Shown one piece after another: positions 35,831 through 44,444 of a DNA stretch of 49,287 nt; within the stretch, counting starts at the first letter, position 1, and each line of letters begins with the position of its first letter. Source of the stretch: Clostridia bacterium (GTDB lineage Bacteria; Bacillota; Clostridia; Christensenellales; UBA3700); the NCBI GenBank assembly GCA_036659935.1, contig JAVXBP010000002.1:1-49287 (forward strand). The letters are read 5' to 3'. A program made the translations under genes and the position numbers. The notes under the pieces were generated by a model that made no database searches, was not told the DNA's origin, and saw only the letters and a list, made by a program, of their open reading frames with translations.

Positions 35831-36712
35831 TTATTGTTCTTTGAATATCCCGTTCAACGCCGCATAGACAGCGCCGAGCGCGCCTGCTTTGTTGCCGAGT
35901 TTTGCGGTGGAAATTGGAGTGTCGAGCAAGACGTTGTATCTGTCAAGGAAGTCATTCCACCACAATTCGCGCGCTTCGATGACGCCACCGCCGACGATAA
36001 TCGCGTTTGGCTTATAGTTGGAAATTGTGTTTGCAAGCGTCATTACAAAGTCAGAATAAAAGGCGTCCAACGCTTTTGCATATTTGTCCTTGTTGGAGAA
36101 AACTTCGTTCAAATTGTCTGTGCCTGCATTCGCTTTGAGCCCAGTCGCCGACACATAACATTCCGCGCAACCTTTGTTGCCACAGAAACATTTTCTGCCG
36201 TTGGGGTGCAGCGGCATATGACCGCTTTGAGTGTCGCGAATGGAATGTTTGTCCAGTTTGCGCGAGGTGAGAATGGACGAGCCAAGCCCAGTGCCAAGCG
36301 TAAACATCATTACTTTGTCGCTGTAGGGCATATCCGTGAGAAAAACTTCGCCGATAAGCGCCGCGACAGCGTCATTGATTGCGACGACTTTTGTGTCGAG
36401 AGTTTTGGACAGCGTTTTTGTCAGCTCAAGCCCCGTGAAACCGCGCAACGCGTTTGTCGCATAGATTACTCGTCCGCTGTCCCAGTCGATTGTGCCTGCG
36501 CTCGAGACTGCGACAAGCTCGCATTGAGACAAGTCGAAATGATTGACAGCCTTGCAAATGTTCGCGAGAATTATGTCTCGACCGCGATTGCCTTCTGTCG
36601 CGACCCAAAAATTGTCAAGAATGCGATAGGTATCTTGATTTTGTGGATCGACCACGTCAATAAGGGCGCTTTTTATGCCGGTGCCACCGACGTCAACTCC
36701 GATTGTTAGCAT
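35831..36712 (-). CDS. nanK: ROK-family sugar kinase (probable N-acetylmannosamine kinase)
   Basis: GVDVGGTGIK ATP motif; ROK zinc motif CFCGNKGCAECY. ATGCTAA overlap with the nanE stop. Confidence 0.8.
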   Translation of the reverse strand: MLTIGVDVGGTGIKSALIDVVDPQNQDTYRILDNFWVATEGNRGRDIILANICKAVNHFDLSQCELVAVSSAGTIDWDSGRVIYATNALRGFTGLELTKTLSKTLDTKVVAINDAVAALIGEVFLTDMPYSDKVMMFTLGTGLGSSILTSRKLDKHSIRDTQSGHMPLHPNGRKCFCGNKGCAECYVSATGLKANAGTDNLNEVFSNKDKYAKALDAFYSDFVMTLANTISNYKPNAIIVGGGVIEARELWWNDFLDRYNVLLDTPISTAKLGNKAGALGAVYAALNGIFKEQ

Positions 36713-37386
36713 AGTTCCAAAGCCTCAACGAATCTTTGCGTAATATCTTTTGGGCGTGTAATGCTGCTGCCGATTACTATTGAATAAACTCCGCAACGCG
36801 AGACTTCTCTCAGCTGTTCGCGCTCCCAAATTCCGCCTTCCGCGATAATCTTACGCTCAGGGAAACTCGTCACCAATTTGCGCAAAAAGTCGCAATCAGG
36901 AATGGACATTCCCGTCGTGTAAGAGGTGTAGCCGCGCATTGTCGAACCGATGTAATCAAAGCCGAGCTTGTCAGCCATTTGAGCGTCTTGGAAGTCAGAG
37001 CAGTCAGCCATAATCTCGATTGTCGGCGCGTTTTTTCTGATATACGCGACAAGGTCGGCGAGCTGTTCGCCGTTCGGGCGGTCGCGCCTTGTGCAGTCGA
37101 GAGCGATGACTTGACACTTTGTGTTTTCCAACAATTCGCGCACTTCTTTGAGCGTGGGCGTGATATAAACGTCGCTTTGCGGATAAACCGCCTTGATAAT
37201 GCCAATCACTGGCACGTCTACGCGCGTCATAATATCATTGATATCATTGACATAGTTTGCGCGTATGCCAACCGCTCCGCCTTTGACAGCGGCGTAAGCG
37301 AAATGCTTCATTATGCCAAGGTCAAAAAGCGGTTCGCCTTTGACTGCTTGACAAGAAACAATAATACCACGTCTCAAATTTGCCAT
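36706..37386 (-). CDS. nanE: N-acetylmannosamine-6-phosphate 2-epimerase
   Basis: GIIVSCQA..GEPL, ..IIAEGGI... Start at ATG 37386 after AAAGGAGAA; the ORF-track TTG at 37407 was rejected. Confidence 0.88.
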   Translation of the reverse strand: MANLRRGIIVSCQAVKGEPLFDLGIMKHFAYAAVKGGAVGIRANYVNDINDIMTRVDVPVIGIIKAVYPQSDVYITPTLKEVRELLENTKCQVIALDCTRRDRPNGEQLADLVAYIRKNAPTIEIMADCSDFQDAQMADKLGFDYIGSTMRGYTSYTTGMSIPDCDFLRKLVTSFPERKIIAEGGIWEREQLREVSRCGVYSIVIGSSITRPKDITQRFVEALELC

Positions 37387-37388
37387 AA

Positions 37389-38693
37389 TTAGTTCTCCTT
37401 TATCCAATCAATAGGGAATTTTGCCAATTCTATACTTTCGTGTTGTGTGCTTGTCTCATAGAGCGCGCAAATTTGTCCGTCGGGCAATTGCGCCATTGAG
37501 CTGTAGACAAAGTCGCCGTCTTTGAGTTGTCGCGAATATTCGAACGTCTCGCCATAGTCATAAGACAAGCGAATTGTGCCGTTTGTTCGAGCGGTTTTGC
37601 TGGCAGCGTTGAGAAACAAAGTCGCCACGCGTCCGTTGTCGTCTGCGGTGATAACACTGCATTGACAAATCGGTTGGTCGAGTTGCGGTTGGAACTTGCA
37701 ATCGCGCCAACTCTCTCCGCCGTCATCGCTTATCGCGGTCATTATCAATTTTTTGCCTGCGTGGTTGCGCATAAAAAGTTTGAGCGAGCCGTCGGGCAAT
37801 TCTATCAATTGAGTCTCTGTTATCTGGTCGAACGGCAACAAGAATCGCGGACAAATAGGAATGATTCCGTGCTTGCGCGCGTGGTTTGGCGACTTGCCGC
37901 GTTGCCAAGTTTTGCCTTGGTCGTCGCTGTAAATCATTGCCGCCGACAGCATCAAGATTGCTCCGCTTGCTGTGTTGTAATATATCGGGAAAACATATCT
38001 CCCTGCGTGAGCGCCATTCTTGATGACAAGCCCAACGCCCGGGCCTGCGCCAAGAAAGCTCATATAATCTTCTTTGACTTGATTGTTGAGACAAACTGGT
38101 TCGCTCCAAGTCAAGCCGTCGTCGCAACTGTGTGAAATGCACAAGAAGAAAGTGTTTTTCTCTTTGAACTTGCCACCGCCGACATTGATATTGCCAAGGT
38201 TTTGCCCAGCCTTGTCAGTAATGTTGCCTTCTTTGTCAACGCTCATCGCCGTCATGACGTTGTCAACAAAAATTTTGCCGTCGCGCAAGAAAGCTTTTTT
38301 GTTGTCGCCATAGAGAATGCGATCGCCGTCAGCCGTCAGTCCTTTTCCTTTGACGGAAGTCAAAATGCCAACTCCCGATGGAGTGTGCGCAAAAATGCAA
38401 AATATAGTGTCAGTCTTTTCGTCATAAAGCATGCAAGGGTCAATGCTTGCGGACGCCTTGAGCTTGCGTTCGCCAAATTCCTTTTTGAGAACAATTGTCT
38501 CGCCCCAAGTCACTCCGCCGTCAGTCGAACGACGAACAACCTTGTCAATTCTGTTCGGGTTGTCGCCACCGCCAAACCATCTTTCGTCAGCGCAAGCAAC
38601 AAGCGTGCCGTGCTTGGTGAGTAATATTGCAGGAATTCTATAATTCCCAGCGCGAGCAAGGCTCTTTCCAAAAACTTCGTATCTTGTCAGCAT
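37389..38693 (-). CDS. GH33 exo-alpha-sialidase, no signal peptide
   Basis: RIP motif (YRIPAILL). Five Asp-boxes: STDGGVTW, SCDDGLTW, SDDQGKTW, SDDGGESW, SYDYGETF. The N-terminus MLTRYEVFGKSLARAG is not a signal sequence. Confidence 0.9.
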   Translation of the reverse strand: MLTRYEVFGKSLARAGNYRIPAILLTKHGTLVACADERWFGGGDNPNRIDKVVRRSTDGGVTWGETIVLKKEFGERKLKASASIDPCMLYDEKTDTIFCIFAHTPSGVGILTSVKGKGLTADGDRILYGDNKKAFLRDGKIFVDNVMTAMSVDKEGNITDKAGQNLGNINVGGGKFKEKNTFFLCISHSCDDGLTWSEPVCLNNQVKEDYMSFLGAGPGVGLVIKNGAHAGRYVFPIYYNTASGAILMLSAAMIYSDDQGKTWQRGKSPNHARKHGIIPICPRFLLPFDQITETQLIELPDGSLKLFMRNHAGKKLIMTAISDDGGESWRDCKFQPQLDQPICQCSVITADDNGRVATLFLNAASKTARTNGTIRLSYDYGETFEYSRQLKDGDFVYSSMAQLPDGQICALYETSTQHESIELAKFPIDWIKEN

Positions 38694-38770
38694 AAGTCTC
38701 CCCTTTCTTTGTCAGTGTGGACAAAGTGTTGATAAGTTTTGTTATTTTTTGAGTTTGATATCAATCAATC

Positions 38771-38955
38771 TTGCAGTTGGCAAATCACTTGTGTTGCGTA
38801 AAAGTAATCAAACGGCGCAATCAGAATTGCAGTTGGCAAATCACTTGTGCGCTTGCAATCGAACTTGCAAAACAATCTTGCAATCGTCAAATCACTTGTG
38901 TTGCGTAAAAGTAATCAAACGGTACAATCAGAATTGCAATCGTCAAATCACTTGC
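38771..38955. repeat. tandem array (~53-bp subunits, 107-bp super-period) seeded by the 3' end of the aldose-epimerase-like gene
   Basis: CAAATCACTTG at 38781, 38837, 38888 and 38944 (the last is the gene's ..QVI-stop). The 51-nt blocks 38781-38831 and 38888-38938 differ only at the 2-nt CG/TA position. Confidence 0.85.
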
Positions 38956-39827
38956 ATTGTATATTTGTATGTATATGTTTTGCCTTTTTCGAGGCTCAAT
39001 ATCGTTGGCTTTTGTGACAGTTCCGAGTGCGGTTTGATTGTGTCAGGCAGTGTCAGCCACGGCTCAACGCACATATATTCGCCGAACTTTTCGTCCGACC
39101 ACACGCCAAGGAAGGGCGCGTCGCCAATGTCAAATTTTATCTTTTTGCCGTCCTTGCGAACAAAGGTAAATTGTGACGGCATACCTTGAAGAATTATGCA
39201 TTTATATTGTCGCATAAGCGCCTTGGAAAGCTCCAATTTGTCAATCGCGCCAAAGTCTTTTTCGCCCGTGACAAAGTGACCGTTATCGTCCAAAGTGACA
39301 TATCGCAGGCTTACTTTTTTGCCAAAATCGAGAAAGTTTCCTGTCGTTTCCAACTCGCCGTTCGCGTTTGTTTCTCCACAAAGTTGCAAGCCGGGGTGAC
39401 CGCCCAAGCCAAAATAAATCGTCTTGTCGTCGAGATTCTCGACCACAAATTGTGTGGTAAGGGTGGCGGTTTCGTCAACCGAACGAGTGGTCAAAAAGTT
39501 GAACTTGTAAGGATATTGCGCCAAAGTGCGCTCGTCAAAGTGGCAACCGAGAGTGACAGATTGGTCGCGCGCCTCGACTATATCGAGCTTTGTTGTTGGC
39601 ACAAAACCGTGAATGTCGAGCGAATATTTCTTGCCGTCGACAGTGTATGACTTGTTGTTGAGGCGCCCTACAAAAGGGAAAATTACAACGTCTTGTCCCG
39701 TCCAACTTTTCTCGTCGCCTTGCCACAAAAGCTCAGCGCTTGTTTGTTTGTCAACAAAGCTTGTCAAAGTGCCGCCAAGTTGATTGACGTTGACAGAAAG
39801 AATGTTGTTGTGTATGTTTATCATCAT
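38943..39827 (-). CDS. aldose 1-epimerase (galactose mutarotase-like, LacX-type) family protein
   Basis: 294 aa with ..VVIFPFVGRL..HGF.., ..GGHPG.. and ..CVEPW.. blocks characteristic of the family. Confidence 0.7.
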   Translation of the reverse strand: MMINIHNNILSVNVNQLGGTLTSFVDKQTSAELLWQGDEKSWTGQDVVIFPFVGRLNNKSYTVDGKKYSLDIHGFVPTTKLDIVEARDQSVTLGCHFDERTLAQYPYKFNFLTTRSVDETATLTTQFVVENLDDKTIYFGLGGHPGLQLCGETNANGELETTGNFLDFGKKVSLRYVTLDDNGHFVTGEKDFGAIDKLELSKALMRQYKCIILQGMPSQFTFVRKDGKKIKFDIGDAPFLGVWSDEKFGEYMCVEPWLTLPDTIKPHSELSQKPTILSLEKGKTYTYKYTMQVI

Positions 39828-39980
39828 GATTCCTCTCGCCTTTTTCTTGTGTAAAGATTACAATATAATAAGTATATCACACAACGCGCGCGTACGCAAT
39901 ATATTTATAATCAAATTTGTTCCAAAAGCGCGCAAAACGCTTGCAAGCGGTTGCAATTGATATACACGGTGGGAAAAGTT

Positions 39981-40133
39981 GTCCACAAAGTTGTAGTGAA
40001 GTTGCGTAAAAACTGTAGTGAAGTTATGCAAGATTGCAGTGAAGTTGTGCAGTAATGTAGTGAAGTTATGCAAGATTGTAGTAAAGTTGCGTAAAAATTG
40101 TAGCGAAGTTGCGTAAAGTGCGGTGAAGTTGTT
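39981..40133. repeat. seven tandem 21-22-bp units abutting the stop codon of the CE4-like gene
   Basis: Unit starts at 39993, 40015, 40036, 40057, 40078, 40100 and 40122 (GTAGTGAAGTTRYGCRNRANT). Units 2 and 4 are identical. The last unit runs into stop complement TTA 40134-40136. Confidence 0.85.
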
Positions 40134-41357
40134 TTATCGCGGGCGGGCTGGGTCAAGAATTGTGTTCGCGTCGAAGTATTTCGACAGGTCGATATTGCGC
40201 AAAGAATAGCCGTCGAGCGGAATTCTGTCCATAAATGAGCATTTTTCCGTTACGCTTTGTTCAAAAGGAATTTTGCCAAAGAAAGGACTGTCGCCCACTC
40301 CCCAAAACATAGAAAAACCGCTCGCGAGCAAGTGTTTTTGTTTGGCGGACAGCGCGTCATTTTCGAGCATATCATATTCGCCAAAAGGGAAGCAATAAAT
40401 GTCAGTTTTTCCAATTATCGGAGAGACTTCTCGCAACCATTTGTCCGTGTCAGAAGCAAATTTTTGCGCGCTTATTTTTTGCGTGTGATAGTGTCCGTAT
40501 GAGTGGCAGGCGAACTTCCAATTTTTCTCTTTGAGCGTTTTGACAACAAATTGCGCGCGACCAATCTCATTTGCGCGGTCGGCAGAACCCGATTGAGTGC
40601 GGTAGCCGAGAATTCCGTCGAAACCAGTCAAACATATCACGCCTTTTGCGTTGCGATAAGAAAATGACGGATATTTTTTGACGAAACTTTCCACAATTGT
40701 GATGACTTCGTTGTCATAATTTATCTTCTTGCGCGCGCCAGCGGTATAGGTCGCGATGTTGCCGTCAATGTCAACGACGAGTTTGTCATTCATTCCGCGG
40801 TTCATTTTTGTGGAGTAGTAATTGATATCGTCGAAAGACAAAAGCAAGGGCTTTTTCCCGTCAAAGTCGCACTTTTTTCTTATGACAGTTCCGCCGACAA
40901 CCGAATAAATATCACTCGGAGAAACAAGTATATAATTCCGCGCGTACAAGCTTGCCAATATCGCGGAAAACTCGCGCGCCGTCAAGCAATCTTTGTCATA
41001 ATGTGGCGACATCTCGTTGCCTTGCGCAAAGGCGAGTTGCGGAAAAGCTATAAGAGCGTGAGTGAACAAGTGCGTTATCTCAGGGTAGCCATTTGCGCGC
41101 GTGGCGGTGGCTTGGGGAAGCGCAATGTCGCTCGAATTTGTCTCGTTGTTGACTTGCGAAAGATTGCCGTCAATTGAGTTTGTCTCGTTGAAAAGTTGCG
41201 AATGTGTGTTATCGTTCGAACTTGTATCGTTGAAACTTTGCGCAAAAGCCATATTTGTGGCGATTGTCTCGCCAAGCCCTTGCGCGATTGTGACCGCTCC
41301 GCAACTGTTGAATATCAAGAGCGCCAATATCGAGATAAACAAAAATTTATTTTTCAT
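40134..41357 (-). CDS. secreted polysaccharide deacetylase-like (NodB/CE4-type) protein
   Basis: Signal peptide MKNKFLFISILALLIFNSCGA. LLLSFDDINYY (DD motif) and CHSYGHYH (HxxxH-like). N/S/T-rich repeat near the N-terminus. Start at ATG 41357. Confidence 0.65.
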   Translation of the reverse strand: MKNKFLFISILALLIFNSCGAVTIAQGLGETIATNMAFAQSFNDTSSNDNTHSQLFNETNSIDGNLSQVNNETNSSDIALPQATATRANGYPEITHLFTHALIAFPQLAFAQGNEMSPHYDKDCLTAREFSAILASLYARNYILVSPSDIYSVVGGTVIRKKCDFDGKKPLLLSFDDINYYSTKMNRGMNDKLVVDIDGNIATYTAGARKKINYDNEVITIVESFVKKYPSFSYRNAKGVICLTGFDGILGYRTQSGSADRANEIGRAQFVVKTLKEKNWKFACHSYGHYHTQKISAQKFASDTDKWLREVSPIIGKTDIYCFPFGEYDMLENDALSAKQKHLLASGFSMFWGVGDSPFFGKIPFEQSVTEKCSFMDRIPLDGYSLRNIDLSKYFDANTILDPARPR

Positions 41358-41586
41358 TTTCGCCGTCCTACAAACCTTTCTATTAGTATGGTTGAGAAGG
41401 GGCTTTTTATCACAGAAAAAGCGAAAAACTGCATACCACTCGACATTTTTGCGAGTTTGGGCTGCAGTTTGTTTGTTTTTTGATTGCAAATATTTTTGGC
41501 TTTTTGACAAGAATTGTTATGTTTTTTGTCGCGATTGCTAGGTTTTTGCGACCTTGTTTTGCAACTTTTGATAGCAATTTATTTGA

Positions 41587-42477
41587 TTATTTTTTGCCTT
41601 TGTTTTGCATTTCGTCCAAGATAAGTCGAGCGTAAGCGTGCGCGATATTTTCTCCGCTCGCTTTTTCAATTCCGCCAAAAAACGCGTTGGAGTTGACTTC
41701 GCATATCACGGGCTTGTTGTTTTCGCCGAACAAAACGTCGATTCCGCAATAGTCCAAGTCAAGGATAGTCGCGACTTTTTCGCACAATTCTCGCCATTCT
41801 TGCGACAATACAAATTCGTTTGCGCTGCCGCCCAAGCCAAGGTTGGAGCGGAAGTCTTTGTTCGACTGTCTCAGCATTGCGGCTTTGACTTTTTTGCCGA
41901 CGACAATGACGCGCACGTCTCTGCCAAAAGAAGTGGCAATCGCTTGTTGGACAAGATAAGGCTTGCCGACTTCTTGACGGACAAGTTCTTCCAACTGCGC
42001 GCGATTGGACGCGAGAAATACGCCCGTGCCGAGCGACCCACAACAATCTTTGACCACTATCGGATAGCCACCGACAAGTTCTTCCACTTTGTCATAATAT
42101 TCCGCGGACGGTTGGCAATCGTGATTGTAGCACATAAGTCCGCTCACGGTGCGTGGCATTGGAATGTCGCAACCAGAAAGCTTGATATAAGTTTCCATTT
42201 TGTCGTCGCAAAGCTCAATCGCCTTGTGCGAGTTGAAAACTCTTACGCCGAGTTTTTCGAGCATAGCCGAGGCATATTTGTCCTTGTCAAGAAAAATGCA
42301 AAAGTCGCAATCGGCAAACTGCGATTGGATATCTTTTCCGTCGACGAAAGCGGCGTTTGAGTTGGCAAGAACGCGCATATCGACGCCAAGATAGGTCAGT
42401 TCGCTCGCAAGTCTTTCTGACTGATAAATAGTATTTTGTGTGAGATAAAAAGAATTTGTAAGGATAATGCCTTTCAT
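41587..42477 (-). CDS. RimK-family ATP-grasp alpha-L-glutamate ligase-like protein
   Basis: Collinear with E. coli RimK: PIVVK..GSLGTGVFL, YLVQQAI..GRDVRVIVVG, KDFRSNLGLGGSA, GIDVLF...PVICEVNSN. Confidence 0.85.
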   Translation of the reverse strand: MKGIILTNSFYLTQNTIYQSERLASELTYLGVDMRVLANSNAAFVDGKDIQSQFADCDFCIFLDKDKYASAMLEKLGVRVFNSHKAIELCDDKMETYIKLSGCDIPMPRTVSGLMCYNHDCQPSAEYYDKVEELVGGYPIVVKDCCGSLGTGVFLASNRAQLEELVRQEVGKPYLVQQAIATSFGRDVRVIVVGKKVKAAMLRQSNKDFRSNLGLGGSANEFVLSQEWRELCEKVATILDLDYCGIDVLFGENNKPVICEVNSNAFFGGIEKASGENIAHAYARLILDEMQNKGKK

Positions 42478-42721
42478 ATTTTCTCCTTGGGGGCGAATTT
42501 CTATTACAATTCAACTACAATTCTACTATCGCGCGACGCTTTTGTCAACGCAAAGACAAAAACAGCTTGAAAAAATGCAAAATAAATGCAAAACGAATGT
42601 AGAACGGCATTTTTCTCGCGAATTTCCGCCAAAGAGTTGTGGCGAGACGAATTTGTTTGTTTTAAAATATTGTCGTCATTTTATTTTGTTTTTGCTCGCG
42701 CGTGTGCTATAATAACGATAT

Positions 42722-44428
42722 ATGGAAAATTCGAGAAAGAAAACTCTCGCGCTTTGCGCAATAATTCTTCTTGTAGTGTTGTCGATGACAGCGCTTATTT
42801 TTGCCACGCCAAACAATGCCGTCGCGCAAAATATGAATTTGAAAATTACGCTCACCGCCAAGTCAAAGTTTTCGGCTTTCGGCGAGGCGATAGCTTACAC
42901 GCACAACAACACAATTTTTGTCGCGCAAAATGACAAAATCGTCACGCTGAGCAACGCTTATGTGGGCGAGTGCAAGGATATCGCGATGAATGGCAAGCAT
43001 ATTGTAACACTTTCGACCACAAACAAACTTGGGCTTTTCGAATATTCCGCCACGGCGGTGACAAAGATTGACGACCCTTACGCTGGCTTCGAATATTTGA
43101 CGGAAAAAGACTTCGCGACGGCGCAACATATTTTTGCAAACGCGCAAGGGGAATTTTTCTATCAAGACAGCAGTCAAGTAAATGCAGTCAATTTCGAGAC
43201 AAAAAAAGTCGAATCGCAATATACGGCAAAAAATGACATTTTCAATTTTTCATGCGTGACAATCGCAAATGATACGCTCGTCGGGACAAGCTCGGACGGC
43301 AAGCTTTTTGCTATCGGGCAAAAAACGCAAATAAAGGACGCAACTCTTGACAACTTTTTGCTTTTGTCCGACAACAGTTACACGACACTTTGCGCGATAG
43401 GCGACAAGTTGTTCGCCAACAGTGGCTCGGGCATTTTCTCAATCAACACGCGAGAAAAGACATCGACAAAATTGCTCGACACTCCGTCGAAAAACGGGGC
43501 GGCGCAAGCGGTGACTTTCAATGGCGAGCAATATGTTTTTGTTCTTTGCGCCAATGACTTGTCAATCAAAATGTATTTGTCTCTCGACAACTCATTGACA
43601 TATATCAACAGTTTCGACAACACGGAATATTCTCACCCGACCAACTTTGACATTTTGACAGCGGCGCGAATGACGGTCAACACATCGGTGTTTGTCTCGC
43701 CACGCAACTTGCAAGTTGTGTTTTCGCTCAAGGCAAATGAGATTGCGCTTTTGCTCGCAAAGCAAGACAATTATTTCTATATCACTGACGGCAAAGGCAA
43801 TTTTGGCTATATTCACAGCGCGACCGCCACTCAACCGTTGAGCTCAGAGAGCGAGACGATATTTGGCAGTGTGGCGCAAGGTTTGCACCAAAACACAAAA
43901 ATTTATCAATATCCATTCGAGACGGCGGAAGTGCTGGAGACGGTTGATATTTTCAAACGGTTGGAAGTTGTGCGCGACGTCGCGACAGAGAGTGGCGTGT
44001 CTGTGTGGGGCTGGTTGGAAATCAAATATATCAACGCGGACAAGACGCTTGCGCGCGGTTTTGTAAAATATAACGATATCTCGCCGTATACGGAAATTCA
44101 AGCGCCTGCGCTCAAAAAAGACGCGAAAGTCAAAACTGGCAAGTTCGGTTCGGTGGCGAACATTTACGCCCTGCCAAACGAGCAAAGCAAAATATTGTCC
44201 ACCTTGGCGGACGGAAGCAAAATCACGCTTATCAAAAAATATGACCCAACAAGCGAGTGGATGGCAGTGCAAGTCGGCGAGGAAGTCGGCTATATCAAAA
44301 CCGCCCAAATTCAGCTCAACGGCTTGACAAACGTGCAGTTGCTGTCGATTATATCGGTCAGCGTTTTGGTCGCGGTTACGATTGTGATTGTGACAATATT
44401 TGCAATAAAAAGAAGAAAAAAATTTTAG
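42722..44428 (+). CDS. signal-peptide protein with two C-terminal SH3b-like domains and a C-terminal TM anchor
   Basis: N-terminal TM/signal LALCAIILLVVLSMTALIFA. SH3b-like ..KIYQYPF..WGWLEIKY..GFVKYNDI and ..ANIYALPN..WMAVQVGEEVGYIKTAQI. C-terminal TM then KRRKKF. TGcTATAAT lies 7 nt before the ATG, suggesting a leaderless mRNA. Confidence 0.7.
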   Translation: MENSRKKTLALCAIILLVVLSMTALIFATPNNAVAQNMNLKITLTAKSKFSAFGEAIAYTHNNTIFVAQNDKIVTLSNAYVGECKDIAMNGKHIVTLSTTNKLGLFEYSATAVTKIDDPYAGFEYLTEKDFATAQHIFANAQGEFFYQDSSQVNAVNFETKKVESQYTAKNDIFNFSCVTIANDTLVGTSSDGKLFAIGQKTQIKDATLDNFLLLSDNSYTTLCAIGDKLFANSGSGIFSINTREKTSTKLLDTPSKNGAAQAVTFNGEQYVFVLCANDLSIKMYLSLDNSLTYINSFDNTEYSHPTNFDILTAARMTVNTSVFVSPRNLQVVFSLKANEIALLLAKQDNYFYITDGKGNFGYIHSATATQPLSSESETIFGSVAQGLHQNTKIYQYPFETAEVLETVDIFKRLEVVRDVATESGVSVWGWLEIKYINADKTLARGFVKYNDISPYTEIQAPALKKDAKVKTGKFGSVANIYALPNEQSKILSTLADGSKITLIKKYDPTSEWMAVQVGEEVGYIKTAQIQLNGLTNVQLLSIISVSVLVAVTIVIVTIFAIKRRKKF

Positions 44429-44444
44429 ATAAAGAAGGTAGAGT

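Noticed and set aside
38771-38955. Regularly spaced ~19-bp repeats with ~35-bp intervening segments, superficially CRISPR-like.
   Set aside because: There are only four copies, and the 'spacers' 1 and 3 are near-identical to each other. The final repeat is the coding end of a gene, and there are no cas genes or leader. It is a tandem duplication, not CRISPR.
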